Shown here in pieces: positions 26,544 through 39,420 of a DNA stretch of 64,000 nucleotides. The DNA comes from Tubiluchus corallicola (Eukaryota; Animalia; Priapulida). The DNA is taken from NCBI GenBank assembly GCA_030141605.1, contig JAQGDQ010000244.1:1-64000 (forward strand), written 5' to 3'. The number at the start of each line of letters is the position of its first letter. Within the stretch, counting starts at the first letter, position 1. Under the pieces are notes generated by a model. The model made no database searches. It saw nothing but the letters and a program-made list of their open reading frames with translations, and was not told the DNA's origin. The translations under genes were made by a program, and so were the position numbers.

Positions 26544-29500
26544 TTACCCTCGCAAGATAGAAAGTAGTTTCTCTATCCAACGAGCAAGTTTGCTGTCATT
26601 TGCAGAATAAATGTTATGAACAAACGAAAGTATTTTTGGTATACACAAATTAACAAATGTCGTGTTTCCAGGAGATAATGCCTGTGGTGCGGAGAGGGCA
26701 GCTAATAACATGCACCAACCGTAATGACTGCCTGGATATAAATGAACTAAATGCTGTGCATATTTTACAGCCTCGTCTAAGTATCCCGATGTCAAGGCGC
26801 TGGCACTTGCCAAAGCGTATGACTTTTCACACCTCTTGCCAGTAAAAAACAATGCTTTCTGAGAACCTCGACAACTAATGTATTCTGACTTATACAGTGA
26901 GACCTCTGCAAGCAAACTCCACAAGGAAGCCAAATAGGGATGCATATGAAGAATTTTAGAGAGCTCAGCATTGATCGTTTTTCTTCCAAAGCCACGACGA
27001 TTGCCAAAGTTGATGAGTAATATAGCAATATCTGTAGCAAGCTCTGGATCCTGCTTGTAATTTGATAACAGTTCCTGCAAAGAAGCCTTAATTAAAGTAT
27101 CATCATTGTTCAAACAACCCAGTGCACACAGTGCCAGCAAAGCTGATGAAGATGCAGGCTGATATTGTAGACTCCTAAATAACAGTGACTTTGCATCCTT
27201 CTCGCCAAACTTATTCGCTGCCATTGCCATAGCAACTAATATGTCAGATTTGTCACTAGGTGTCTCGCATGCATCCAGAGCCGATTCATATACCTGATAA
27301 CTTTCACTTTTACCAGATGCATACAGAGCTAGAGCAAAATTTATGATGGCATCTAGATCAAGCTTTCCTTTAATTGCTTGATATTCTTGGAGTGCATTAG
27401 TGTCATCTTCCATTTTAGGGAGCACACTGACATAGTTTAATCTCAGGATGTTCTGGATATCATTTGCATTAGACAGGGCTAGTGCCATTTTGAAGGCCTT
27501 GGCAAAACTGGAACTTAGCTTCAAATGATGTAGAAGAATACCATGCATGTTCAAAGCAACCGCAGAGTCAGGAAATCTATGAATGAACTTACTGACAGCA
27601 TCGTTAGCAACAGAAACAGCAGACATTTGTTTAATTAAGTAATTATAAAGTTCAGTTCCAATATGTTTATGATCTGAAATCATTCTGCAGACACACTCTC
27701 CATAACTAAGAATAGCTTCAGAATGGAGGGACAGTTCCACGGTATGACGAAATAAATCCATGGTCTCTTCATGAGATATACTTTGAGCAATTAGAGCATG
27801 CCCTATCCAACAATTAACGTACTTTGGATTTTCTGACTGGGCAATTGTAAATGCTTTATAGGCTAAATCAGTATTTTTGTGAAGCAAATAAAGTGCACCT
27901 AGATTGCTCCAAGCTACCGCATTATTTTTATCTAGGCTAACAGCCTTGATAAAAGCATGTTGAGCTAAAGCAGGTTTGTTCGCTGTTGCAGAGACGACAC
28001 CAAGTGACAGCCAATAAGTTGGATTTTCTGAACCAATACTCATCGCTTTCCTTAGTGCTAGCTCTGATTTTGCTAATAAATCAGTTTTTGCCTGCTGATG
28101 TTCAACTATTCGACTTCGATAATAGTAAGATACACTCAAATCATGCAGATAGCTTGAGCAACTGGGTAAGAGATTTAGACAACTCAAATAACACCTAGTT
28201 GCTAAACTTAATAGATCTAATTGACCAGCTGTATATTTTTCTCTCTGTCCTGAGTTCTTTCTAAAAAGCATCTGTGGTACTTCAATAGCAATTATATTAC
28301 ATGAGAGAGGATAAGTGAGCAAACAAGTATCGCCCAGAAGTTTCCATAAACATACAAAATCTGGATTAAGAGCAAGTGCTCTTGTTAAAATATCAATAAC
28401 AGCCTTGCAGCACTTTAACAATCTATGATGACGATACTCGGACAACATAGTTCTGGCCATCTGTAATTGGGCTTCTGCATAGCCTTTCATGGCAGGAACA
28501 TAATCTGGAAACTTAGCCAGCAACAGTTCATAGTCCTGAATTGCTTCAGTGTATTGCCCGGTCAGATATTTGAGTGAAGCTAGTTTATATTTAGGATAGA
28601 CACTGCTAGGGTTTAGTTCAACACATTTTGTATAAACCTTAAGAGCTGATGTGTAACTTCCTTGAGCTATATAAGCATCGCCAAGGCACTCCCAACAGTT
28701 ACTATCACTCGAATCTACGCGCAAAACCGCTAATGAAACATTTATAGAATCAAAAGTTCGTCCCATTTCCAGATATTCTAATCCTAGCTGCATCCATGCC
28801 CACTTCCAATGAGACAAATTTGGTTTGCTGGTAATATGCTTTAGCAATTCAACATTTGCAACGTGTTCACCCAATCTCCTGTACATATCCGACAATAACC
28901 TTGCACACTTTTCAGTATCTTCACTCAATGTGTAAGCTTTAAAATAGCACCTTTTAGCTTTTTCATCATCTTCTAAAACAGATTGATAGTACTGGCCTAG
29001 ATACAAAAAGCTGCCATAAAACAATGGATCTAATTTTGCAGCTAACAAAAATTCCGATACACATTTGTGCTTTGAATCACCACCCATCTCCCAATGGACA
29101 ACAGCAAGTTGATAATGGTACCACGTATTACTTTGATTCTGTTTGACGGCACTTCTTAACAAATCTTCAGCATCTTGTAGTACTCCCTCATGATAATGAA
29201 TCCATCCGAGTAATGCGAGAACAGAAGATGATGCTTGCGCTTGTTCACCATAGTTACAAATGACATTTCTCGCTTCATCAGTATTTCCTAGTTTCAAAGC
29301 TACATATCCCAACTTAACAGCAATATCCAAATCATTATTTACTTGAAGCAATTTTCTGTAAATTTGAGCAGACCTCAAGAGCTGAGATTCTGTTCCATTT
29401 TCAGCAAGTGAATCAGCAAGACATGTTAGCAGCAATTCCTCAAGTTTCTTATTGGATGTTTTCTTAACGACACCAAGTCCTTTCTCTGCTGAAGAAACTC

Positions 29501-30446
29501 CTTGATCATGCTTACGCAGATGGTAACAAGACTGGCTTAGACCTATCCAACCTTCTACAGAAAATGGCTCGCGAATCACACCAGCTTTAAAAGACTCATA
29601 TGCTTCTATAAAACTGCAGTTTTCAAGGTGCATATAACCTAGACTAATGTTTACTACCCCAGAGATGCCTCCCAGTTCAACAAGTTTATTGACAATTTGT
29701 TTTGCTTTGTCATTCAAAAATGCACTAGTTCCAAAATATTCTTGCAAATGCAAATGACAAAGTATACTAAGAGGGACAATGGAATTTGGGTACATAGCCA
29801 TCATGTTGTAGCACTCTTCATGCAGCTGATGAAGATCTTGCTTTTTAGACCACAGCCATTCAATGTAGGTCGAAAAATACTTTTCATGAGATGAACTGGG
29901 GACAGAATTGCATTTCACAATGTTTTTCAAAAGTTTGCTGAGCAATTTACAGTGTTCTGTACAAAGTTCTTTTTCTTGCAACAGTTTGGTAGCCAGTAAC
30001 TCAGCAGCTGGTAGAACATTGCTGTAGTCATCTACTACACCAACTGCTAACCACATTTCTGCTGCTTTTTCTACATGGTTCAAGTGCAAATGATGCACAA
30101 TAGCCTTTACAAAAATGTCTTCGTATTTCTTGCGATCTTTTTCCATATAAATGACTAGCAATTTGTCGTAGACCTCCAACACGCTATTGTCTGCATTCTT
30201 TTCATACAATTCAGCCAAGCCTTGCCATGCCAATGGCTGCATTGGCGAAACTTCGACTGCCTTTTTGAACGCCTTTTCAGCTTCAGAAGACTGTCCATGC
30301 CTGAAGAATGCAACACCTGCAAGTGATAGGGCATTATAGTTCGTTCTGTCCGACCTAAGGACTGCCCTGCAATGTGTTAACGCTTGTTCAAAATCTTTAT
30401 CGTGGATTGCCTCTTTAGCACTTTTTAATTCAGATTTTACATCCAT
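26544..30446 (-). CDS. TTC37: Superkiller complex protein 3 (TTC37/SKIC3/Ski3), TPR-repeat scaffold, single exon, 1300 aa
   Basis: Uninterrupted 3.9-kb ORF. N-terminus VKSELKSAKEAI..KDFEQALTHC..VL..D..NYNA, QPLAWQGLAELYEK, CWECLGDAY..QGSYTSALKVY, LAQHAFIKA, AWSNLGALYL and ETMDLFRHT match the TTC37 family; multiple TPR units. Confidence 0.93.
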   Translation of the reverse strand: MDVKSELKSAKEAIHDKDFEQALTHCRAVLRSDRTNYNALSLAGVAFFRHGQSSEAEKAFKKAVEVSPMQPLAWQGLAELYEKNADNSVLEVYDKLLVIYMEKDRKKYEDIFVKAIVHHLHLNHVEKAAEMWLAVGVVDDYSNVLPAAELLATKLLQEKELCTEHCKLLSKLLKNIVKCNSVPSSSHEKYFSTYIEWLWSKKQDLHQLHEECYNMMAMYPNSIVPLSILCHLHLQEYFGTSAFLNDKAKQIVNKLVELGGISGVVNISLGYMHLENCSFIEAYESFKAGVIREPFSVEGWIGLSQSCYHLRKHDQGVSSAEKGLGVVKKTSNKKLEELLLTCLADSLAENGTESQLLRSAQIYRKLLQVNNDLDIAVKLGYVALKLGNTDEARNVICNYGEQAQASSSVLALLGWIHYHEGVLQDAEDLLRSAVKQNQSNTWYHYQLAVVHWEMGGDSKHKCVSEFLLAAKLDPLFYGSFLYLGQYYQSVLEDDEKAKRCYFKAYTLSEDTEKCARLLSDMYRRLGEHVANVELLKHITSKPNLSHWKWAWMQLGLEYLEMGRTFDSINVSLAVLRVDSSDSNCWECLGDAYIAQGSYTSALKVYTKCVELNPSSVYPKYKLASLKYLTGQYTEAIQDYELLLAKFPDYVPAMKGYAEAQLQMARTMLSEYRHHRLLKCCKAVIDILTRALALNPDFVCLWKLLGDTCLLTYPLSCNIIAIEVPQMLFRKNSGQREKYTAGQLDLLSLATRCYLSCLNLLPSCSSYLHDLSVSYYYRSRIVEHQQAKTDLLAKSELALRKAMSIGSENPTYWLSLGVVSATANKPALAQHAFIKAVSLDKNNAVAWSNLGALYLLHKNTDLAYKAFTIAQSENPKYVNCWIGHALIAQSISHEETMDLFRHTVELSLHSEAILSYGECVCRMISDHKHIGTELYNYLIKQMSAVSVANDAVSKFIHRFPDSAVALNMHGILLHHLKLSSSFAKAFKMALALSNANDIQNILRLNYVSVLPKMEDDTNALQEYQAIKGKLDLDAIINFALALYASGKSESYQVYESALDACETPSDKSDILVAMAMAANKFGEKDAKSLLFRSLQYQPASSSALLALCALGCLNNDDTLIKASLQELLSNYKQDPELATDIAILLINFGNRRGFGRKTINAELSKILHMHPYLASLWSLLAEVSLYKSEYISCRGSQKALFFTGKRCEKSYALASASALTSGYLDEAVKYAQHLVHLYPGSHYGWCMLLAALSAPQALSPGNTTFVNLCIPKILSFVHNIYSANDSKLARWIEKLLSILRG

Positions 30447-32549
30447 CGTTTTATCGGATTAAATAACGTATCAGGAAAGTCTGTATTTGATCGAATGCAC
30501 GGTAACAGTTTCTAAAGTACAACACCGGCCGTTACAAATTTTCGACTTCCGTTATTACTGTTCTCTGTGCATATTTGCAGTGATATCGAATGCAGCAATC
30601 AGGGAATGCTTTCCGATCAAAGAATACAGAGTAAGACTTCAGTGCGTTTTATTTTTAGTTGCAAACAATGTGCCAATGGAAAGTGCCCTGTAACTGTGAG
30701 CATTCTCTACAAGAAAGCGAATTCGAATCAAACCGAATTTCAATATTTCGAATCCGAATTGAACTTGCATATTATATGATTTTGTTTTGCAGAAAAAACC
30801 ATTATTTGTTTGTTAAAATTTTGCACAGAAACTGCAGCCAAATTGTGCTAATTGATGAATAAATGAGTGGTAAATGATAAAGAACATAAGTGGCTAAAAA
30901 GCTGAGTTATTCGAATCTATAATTTTAGGTTCGAGTCGAATTCGAACTAAAAAAACTTGTTCGTATCAAACGTTCAATGCTCACCCCTAGTGACCTGTGC
31001 TGTAAAATGAAAATGTACAGTCATAACTTAACTGCAGGCAAAGTAGATCCAATTCGTCTCATTAAGAATCATTCCTCACTTAGAAAAGAAGGAATAGGCA
31101 TGGTTTACAATCATTCACGAAAAATAATATTATAGGGTGTAACTTAGGTGTTCCTGTAACTTTTTTCTTACTCAAATGATGCTTTAACATACAAAATTAT
31201 CCACACGACAACAAACCATCTCTTTTCTATACCGATGTAAAAATTATAGCCACAACATTAACAGAATTTCTCCATCACTTCTGAGTCAAGTAAAGATGTA
31301 CAAATCGTAGATCAAGGGTAAAACTTGACAGAAAAAGTAAGAGGATTTCTAGTTGCTCCGAAATTATGGAAAAGAGAAAGCCTGCCAGGTAACATTGTCA
31401 TGCTATTGTAAATGTGTAGAACATTTTTTAAAGTAGCAAAAAATAGCATCTTGCGTAGCTAGGGGAGCAAACCATCTATAATATTCTGAAAATGTATATA
31501 TATATATATATATATATATATGACAACCTATAATTATAATAGTGTAATTCAGTGACAACCTTAGCAATAAAACAACCAAAAATGAAAATTTGATTTTAAC
31601 TATTGTAATATGCAATAAAAATTCCATAATTCTTTATCTTAAAAACATTCCAGTGATAATTTTAAAAGTTTGATTATACCAGAGCATACATCTAACCATA
31701 TACATCTGATCAAAATGACACTATCACATTATTAGAATACCTTAATTATTACACAAATGGAATTAAGATATTTTATTAATGTACTTGCCCAAGTGAAAAC
31801 TGTACCACACTTCAATTATTTTCATTTAGTGTTTGTTTGTAAGATTAACAAAAATAACAATTTGGAGTTGGTATCAATTATATGGGCAGCTCAATTATAT
31901 TAAAGAAAATACATCAAACTTTCATTGTTTTTTTTGTATAGCGCCTGCTTATTGTAGATAGTTGTGACAGACCATATCAGATAAGATGCTTTAAATGAGG
32001 TATCTTAAGTGGAGATATCGAACCACCAGATGGAATATTTCTGCCACATACAGATGTGAAGACATCCTCCCTCAATGAGAAGGTTAGAAAACAGATCTAA
32101 ATTAATAGCAAACAATTATGGTGAATAAAATTATGCAACTTTACGCAAAACAAAGTGAAAACATAATTAGTAAAGCAGAGTTCTATGGGCAAAACTAACC
32201 AATTAAAAGCAAAATAGCTAACAAACTAATTTTACTATGCAATAATGACACTAAAGGAAGCAAAGTTGCATGTACCTGTAAGGCTATTTTTATCAAAATT
32301 ATGTTAGTTTGTGTTGCCATCAAAGTTGCATGTACCTGTAAGGCCTATTTCTGGTGCTCAGTGTGCTGTGTACATTCTGCGTTCATTAGAAGATTGTGTG
32401 CTTTTTGAATTTTTTCTTCAGTGATGAGTATTCTGCATTTATAATGATTGTGCTACATAAAATAATAAAGCATTTATAGTGGTCTTTTGTCCATAACCTT
32501 GTTTCCTTTTCCTTACATCTTTATAGCTTAACTGTTCAAAGTATTGGTG

Positions 32550-32920
32550 TTATACCTGCACAAACACTTAGGTATCTACATTCACTTAGTAAATACTTAG
32601 GTATCAAACCTAAAATGAGAACATCTAGTGCACTATATAATTGAAAAGGCCCAGCCATGCATCAATCTTATTAAAAACATATCCCGTGTTATACCACGAG
32701 TTGTTCTTGAACATCTTTATAAATCAATGAAGAGGGCCCATTCTTGTATATGCTAACCCAGTATGGTGTAATATTCCTTACTTTTTGACAAATATGTTAG
32801 AGATAATTCAGAAACGTGCAGCTTATGTGTGTAGGAAAGCAATGAAGAGTTCACAAACATCTAAATTGTTATATGATAGTGGTTTGAATACCTTTATAAA
32901 AGACGTCTTTTTATTTCTTT
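32550..32920 (+). mobile_element. Degenerate LINE (CR1/L2-like) fragment
   Basis: KHLGIYI, VVLEHLYKSM, YANPVWCNIP..LEIIQKRAA across frameshifts. Confidence 0.55.
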
Positions 32921-33104
32921 AGTTGGGATTTGTATTAGCCAGAGAGTCCTCAGTAGAGGTGCATAATTGTCATAATGAGAGCAACATACTTGAAAAACCA
33001 CAACGACATGGACTGTATTTTTCACTAATCATAAAATTACAGTAAACGTGTGAAAATTTCAAATACACAGTTACCATCATATAAAGTACATCAAAACTGT
33101 ATAC

Positions 33105-33717
33105 TTAAAGCAAAATTGGACCCAATCTTAAACTGTAGGTCAAACCAAACCTACTCTTTAAAATATTGAAAGGAAACATACTTTTTTTCAAAAATGACTT
33201 GCGTGAAAGAATTGTTACCCCACAAACACAGTTTCGTGTTCTCGTCATTAGTTCTTCGCTGTTACATGCATTTTGCCATTCGATAGTTAGACAGGCACCA
33301 CCGCCTGCATTTCAGAAATGCATTACACAAAAAACAGGTACTGTACTTGTGTGCAAATGTGTTAGTTTGTGATGAACTACACATGTTCAACAGCTCATGC
33401 GTAAATTTGAAATTGGAATTTTTAACCTAAAACTTGCCTAGTTTTAGTACAACACACTGAATATCTTACAGTAGCACTGTACTTCAATTTTCGCTTTCGC
33501 AAACACATGCAACACGCTCGTCGAATATTTTTGCTATTGAAAATTATGTTAGTTTGTGATGTCATCACTAGTTGAGCTTGCCCACCATTAATTAAGTTTT
33601 TAATCTATTATTTAATTATCAGAAACGCTTTTGCAGTATTAATTGTGTTAAAATATATACTTCTTATCGGACTTGAAAATGGGGTAGTATATGAAAAATC
33701 ATCCTGTCTTCCTTTAA
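33105..33717. mobile_element. TTAA-flanked non-autonomous DNA element (Kolobok-like), second copy about 47570-48168
   Basis: About 600 bp shared between the two loci, ttaaag...c.tttaa ends; superfamily is a guess. Confidence 0.65.
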
Positions 33718-33929
33718 TGTTTGATGAATTAATGCAACTGCCATAATATAGGGTAGGTTTAAATTAAAATGTGTTACTGATTATTAAAATTACTACCTAT
33801 TCGTTATCTGAATCTGACACCTTGCTAATGTGTCAAGATAAGTTAGGCTGTCAATGGTGTTCATCGATCGACTACATCTCTGCGCTCAGCATAAACATAT
33901 TGCTCGAGCTTACCTTTCAAAGTCATAGG

Positions 33930-35690
33930 GACCTAGAGTTGAACTCCGTTACGGTCCTTTCTCAAACACGATTTAAAACTATTGACATGATGCGGGAGGC
34001 AAAAAAATGTGAAGGAACACTGGCTCGTGAAAAAAGAACTTCTAATTCGGGCGGGTGTCCATGGAGGGGTCTAGGATGGCAGGAAAAAAATCATTTTCCG
34101 GGAGGATGGAGGCTCCATTGATTATCTTACACCAGTTGATGAGGTCAATGGTCTCTCTCCGTTGTTCCAGAGTTGATATCGTAGAAACGTCAGCATCTTC
34201 AGCTAGTCTAACATGTCGGTTTTGTGTTTCTTCCAAAGATGCTTTGAAATACTTGTGAAGTATTATGATGACCAGACTACTGAAGCATACTCAAGAATTG
34301 GGCATACAACAGCTTTGTAAAGTGGGATGATTACTGAGACTTTCCTGGATGTAACACCACGTTTGATACCTATGCATTGATTTGCATGTGAAACAATATT
34401 GCTAATGTGATGCTAAGATCTTTAATAGATGATTTTTCCTCAATCGATCCATTTTTAAGATAGTGTGACTCTTAGAACGGACATGCAAAAGATGGCTCTT
34501 TCTTTTGTTAAGCTCCAGTAACCACCATTTTTCAATATTGTTGAGGTCGAATTGTAGCATATACCTATCGCTGTCGTCCCATATCGGATGGTACAAAATG
34601 ATGATGTCTCAGTTCACAAGCAATTCGTAATATGGTTTATGAAGATTAGGAAACAACAAAAGCCACAAAGGGTTCTCTGAGGTATGCCACTGCAGAGATA
34701 CTTGGAATTTGTGGTTATGTCATTAAAGATCACACATTGACAGCAGTTCATCAAGAAGTACTGGAACCAGGTCTACGGCCATATCACTTTGAAAACACCG
34801 GTTCTCGTCTGATCACCTACGTTAAGCAACGTAGACCCTGGTTAGTGTGGGTGACAGCCTAGGAATACCAGGTGCTGTAGGCTTGTGGGATGCCCACACT
34901 GTATCTTGACCAGCAGCCAACGGCTAGAGGGCGGAGGAGGTCAAGTGACCTAACGGCCAATTGTAGAGGAGTAAATCTTCCAAATCAGGAGTGGAGCCCC
35001 GAAGGCAGACCAGTGCAGCATGCTCACTGCTTCCGGCAGTTCCTGCAGCCAACCTGGTGCCAAACGTATCACTCCACTTTCCTTTGGACTACACCAGCGA
35101 GGAAGAGAGGGGGTTCCTGTTGTCTGGACAACTCAGGATCTTCATACACCTTGCCCAGGCGTGCAGAGGTGGAGAGGCCACTCCAATGGTTCAAGGATCG
35201 GATTGCTCAGCCACAGTCGACGCTGCAGCTCCATCAATGTGATCAATAACTGACTCTCTTGGTGCACACTCCATTGTCTTCCGAGACAGAAGGATGCCAA
35301 CAACAATTGGAATAAGATGAGGAGGTTGCCTCTGATACCTGCATATTCCCAGCTTCACCAAAACACGCTGATGCGTCACCGAGTCGAAAGCTTCCTTAAA
35401 GTCCTAGGTACAGAACATCAAAACCTGGCAGCGAAAGGTCATCAAACCATTTTGTCCAATCATTCAAGCAAGAAAGTAGATTAGTTACTACTGTTGATCT
35501 CTGAGAAAGTGAGCCATGCTTGTTCTTCTATATTTCGTCTGTCCTAGTCAGAAATCACAATACCTCGTCCCACAGAATGGCTTCCATGCCTTTGGCGATT
35601 ACTGAAGATATGGGTCTTAGGTTATCACAAGATGGGCAGGCAGAGGATTGGCATAACCGCCCATCCAACTTTGGGGGACACGAGACAAAT
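33930..35690 (-). mobile_element. Degenerate CR1-like LINE ORF2 fragment interrupted by a SINE
   Basis: Minus-strand pieces LDFKEAFDSVTHQR, SGIPQ, LQFDLNNIEKW, CPILEYASVVW, TLEQRRETIDL; many frameshifts; ends approximate. Confidence 0.75.
34771..35308 (+). mobile_element. 5S-rRNA-derived SINE, copy 2, inserted into a CR1-like LINE
   Basis: Same head, body and tail as the other two copies; LINE RT fragments on both sides. Confidence 0.88.
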
Positions 35691-37039
35691 CAAGAGACTT
35701 ACGATATAAATAGCTTATAAACAGAATTTTAACAAATTACTAAGGTGTGCAATACGTGATCAAGGACAACCTCGGACAGGCACAGTTTGGCTGCTAAAAT
35801 AGCTGGCAAGTGTAGCGGTAAAATTGCCGTGAAAATTTGGGATAAATTCCAATCATTTTCTTACCTTTGGTTTAGCAGAATGTATTCTCTTGATTTTTCA
35901 GTTGTCTAGACGAAGGACTAGCGTAGATAATGCACACTGTTTAAGCATAAATACGGTAAAAACGATTACTAGTCAATTAAAGCTATACAAAATTAATTTA
36001 GATGCATTCTAGGTTAGCACGGTGCTCCGCTGTCGCATGTTCACATAGGTGGCAGCACCGTTTGTAAACAAAATACATACTGTACCAAAGTGAACAAGCT
36101 TGTGTTTTGCAAGCGTCCAGATGCAGCACTAAACGTGAAAATTGCTGTGTTTGTCACATAAATATTTCTCACGCGTGACCTGGTAGTGTATTAGCCTTAC
36201 CTCTAGAGTCAATCTTAACTTGCCAACTATGTCTACAACTAACAAGGCATAACGGTGTAAGAACTTGCAAAAGACACATTTTTAAAATTACCTCTGATAA
36301 TACTTAGTAATGCTATGTAGAGTGTAGTTCTGTTGGTACCTAGGTAAAGTAAAACCGTTTTACCAACTTTTATGTTAATCCAGTGACCATCTATATTAAT
36401 TGATTTCTGCACGAGTCCTATATAATATACGGTGTGAATGCGTGTGTGGCTTTAGTACATGAGAGTAGGTCCTAATACTATAATAGGCGTACTTACAGTT
36501 AGGGTTCTACAAAAGTTTATAAGTTTACATTTTTAACAAACATGAAAAGGTGTTACAATTTCAAGACAGAAGTTTTCTGTATGGAATATGTCAGTTGCAA
36601 GAGATCACGGCAAGCAATTACTTAAATATTAATAATTTAAGTATACTCAGATAAATCAAAAAGGTTTTCTTATGTAACACTGCTCACGTTGTGTGAGTAT
36701 TGTGTAATTATCGCATTAATAATCAGAAAATAGAGCTAAAATTTAAAGAAAATCAATGGGAGAGAGCTAACATCCTCTTCACAAGGAATTTTTATTTCTA
36801 TGCCACAAAGTAAGATTAAAATAATGTACCTTTTCCCAGAACAAATCATTTTAAATTTCCATTTGTTCCTGCTTCACTGAAAGCATTCAGGATTCTTAGA
36901 CACCATTTTTTGTATTGTTAAGCATTATTTTGATTGCAACTTTCAGATTATGTACGGTTGAGTTTAACTGAAGGCCAAAAACTAACGTTGTTCAAGTCTG
37001 TAGGTCTTACATAAAAAACATTTATGTGTAAGATGTATA

Positions 37040-37088
<49 letters not shown>

Positions 37089-37092
<4 letters not shown>

Positions 37093-38666
37093 AGTTGAGG
37101 TACAGCAAGCCATTAAAAAGCTAGCATTGAATAGGTCAGCTGGACCAGACAGTCTCAAGTCAGAGCATTTTAGATATGCCTCTCACGTGTTACCAGTTTT
37201 GTTCGCATTGTTTTATAACTCTTGTATCACTCATTGTTTCTTACCAGACTCACTAATGTTATCAGTAATTGTGCCACTTATTAAAGACAAAAATAGAGAT
37301 ATAACAGACAGAAATAACTTCAGACCCATCGCGTTATCTTCTGTCTCTAGTAAACTTTTAGAAATCGTTGTATTGACTCGTTATACTGATTGTTTACCTG
37401 CCACACCCAACCAGTTTGGTTATGTGGAGAACTTGGGTACTGAGTTATGTATTAACATGTTAAAAGAAGTAGTAGACTATTATATAGACCGCCAGAGTAC
37501 TGTACATATAATGTTTTTAGACGCCTCCAAAGCCTTCGATAGAATTAATTATTTTAAACTGTTTTTAAAACTCATTGAAACTGAGATTCCAAATGTTGTT
37601 GTTCGTTTACTTGTTTTTTATTACACCCATCAAGGCATGCTGGTGAGATGGGGCAATTATAACTCTGAGATTTTTAAAGTTGGCAATGGTGTACGACAGG
37701 GAGGAAAGATGTCCCCTCTTCTGTTTAATTTCTACTTTAGAGAACTTAGTGAAAATCTAGCCTCTAGTAATCTTGGATGTCAAATTGCAGATATTTATTA
37801 CAATCATTTGACATATGCGGACGATATCTGCCTATTAAGTACCACGACAACTGCTCTGAAGAAATTATGTGATATATATGTTGATTATGCAGCAAAATTT
37901 GATATTTTAATTAATGTTGACAAAACTAAGCTTCTGACTATAACGTCTTCCATTATGAGCAACTTTGAGTTCGGAACAGTTAAGTTAACTGGATCGGTTA
38001 TTGAGCCTTGTGATAATGAAAAATATCTTGGTCACATCATTTCTAGGGACAACAGAGACGATCTAGATATCATACGACAAGTAGGCATTTATTACTCTCG
38101 AGCAAATAAGCTATGCCGTAAATTTTACTATTGCACCAATGCTGTAAAAATACGTCTATTCAATACTTATTGTAATAACTTCTACTGTATAGCCACCTGG
38201 CGGCATTTTCATAATTATAATCTGAACAAACTTAAGGTTGCTCATAATAAATCAATGTGAAAATTTTTCAATTACCAGTTCGATCACAGTGCCAGGGACA
38301 TTTCTGTGACGCATAAATTAGTGTACTTTGATGTTATTTACAGGAAAAGCATTTACAGTCTGGATACTAGAATTTCAAACAGTAAAAACTTGTTGTGTAC
38401 AACGATATTCGCTAGAGATGCTTTATTTACTTCCAGTATAAAAAAGATTTGGAGAATAAAATTGTATGCTTAAATTTTTTACATATTCATTGATATAATG
38501 ATTGAAGCAATGCAAAATGTTATTATAATTATTATTATTATTTTTTGTAATGTTGTTTTTGTGTTGTGTTTACATTGTGTGCTTTGTGTCGTTTATTTAC
38601 TTGTATTTTTGTTGTATATATATATATATGAACGAAAGTTTGAAATAAAGAAGTAAATCAATAAAT

Positions 38667-38670
<4 letters not shown>
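37089..38670 (+). mobile_element. 5'-truncated non-LTR retrotransposon (RTEX-like RT; ORF 37127..38260) between two (TC)n tracts
   Basis: RT motifs FRPIAL, FLDASKAFDRI, GVRQGGKMSPLLFNFY, TYADDI, KYLGHI; premature stop at 38260 with homology apparently continuing to about 38470; A-rich tail. Confidence 0.9.
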
Positions 38671-38698
<28 letters not shown>

Positions 38699-39158
38699 GA
38701 CTAGCATGTACAAGTTTTCTGGCTACAGCAAGGAAGTTTACACTGTGTTCTCAAAGGAAGTAAAAAACAGTTGTGCTAACGCCAGCTTTTTTTCTAAAGT
38801 TTAGGCAAGCTTTTCCCTGATAAGCTTCTGAGAAAGCTTTCAATTTCAGTTCAAGCTGGGTGCAAGGCCTTGAAACTTTTCCACTTTATGGAGCACGTAT
38901 GTATTAAAGTGTTAAATTAGTAATGTAGTAGACTTGTCTGCAGAGTGGCTTAGTGAACTACAGGAAAACCTTTACTTTTGGAAGCTTACATTTTTTACTT
39001 TAGTTTTTCACACTTTTATTTCAAGCTCAATTCATTTTGCTCTTGAAACAATTTTTATTGTCCATAATGTAGAGCAATATTAAATATAGATTTAAATATT
39101 ATAATATTAAATATAATTAAATAATATTAAATATTAAATATTGCTCTATTTACTTGCT

Positions 39159-39420
39159 AGGTATTTTGTTTTTTTGTGCATATTTTATAGCATAATACAG
39201 TACAATAATAAATACAGGCTACAGCTAAGATATTGCTTTATTTATTTACAAGGTATTTTGTTTTTTGTGCATATTTTATAGCATAATACAGTACAATAAT
39301 AAATACAGACTGCAGCTAAGATATTGCTTTATTTATTTACAAGGTATTTTGTTTTTTGTGCTTATTTTATAGCATAATACAGAACAATATTAAATACAGA
39401 ATACAGCTAAGATATTGCCT
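39159..39420. repeat. About 91-bp tandem repeat, 3 copies
   Basis: aggtattttgttttttgtgc at 39159, 39251, 39342. Confidence 0.9.
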
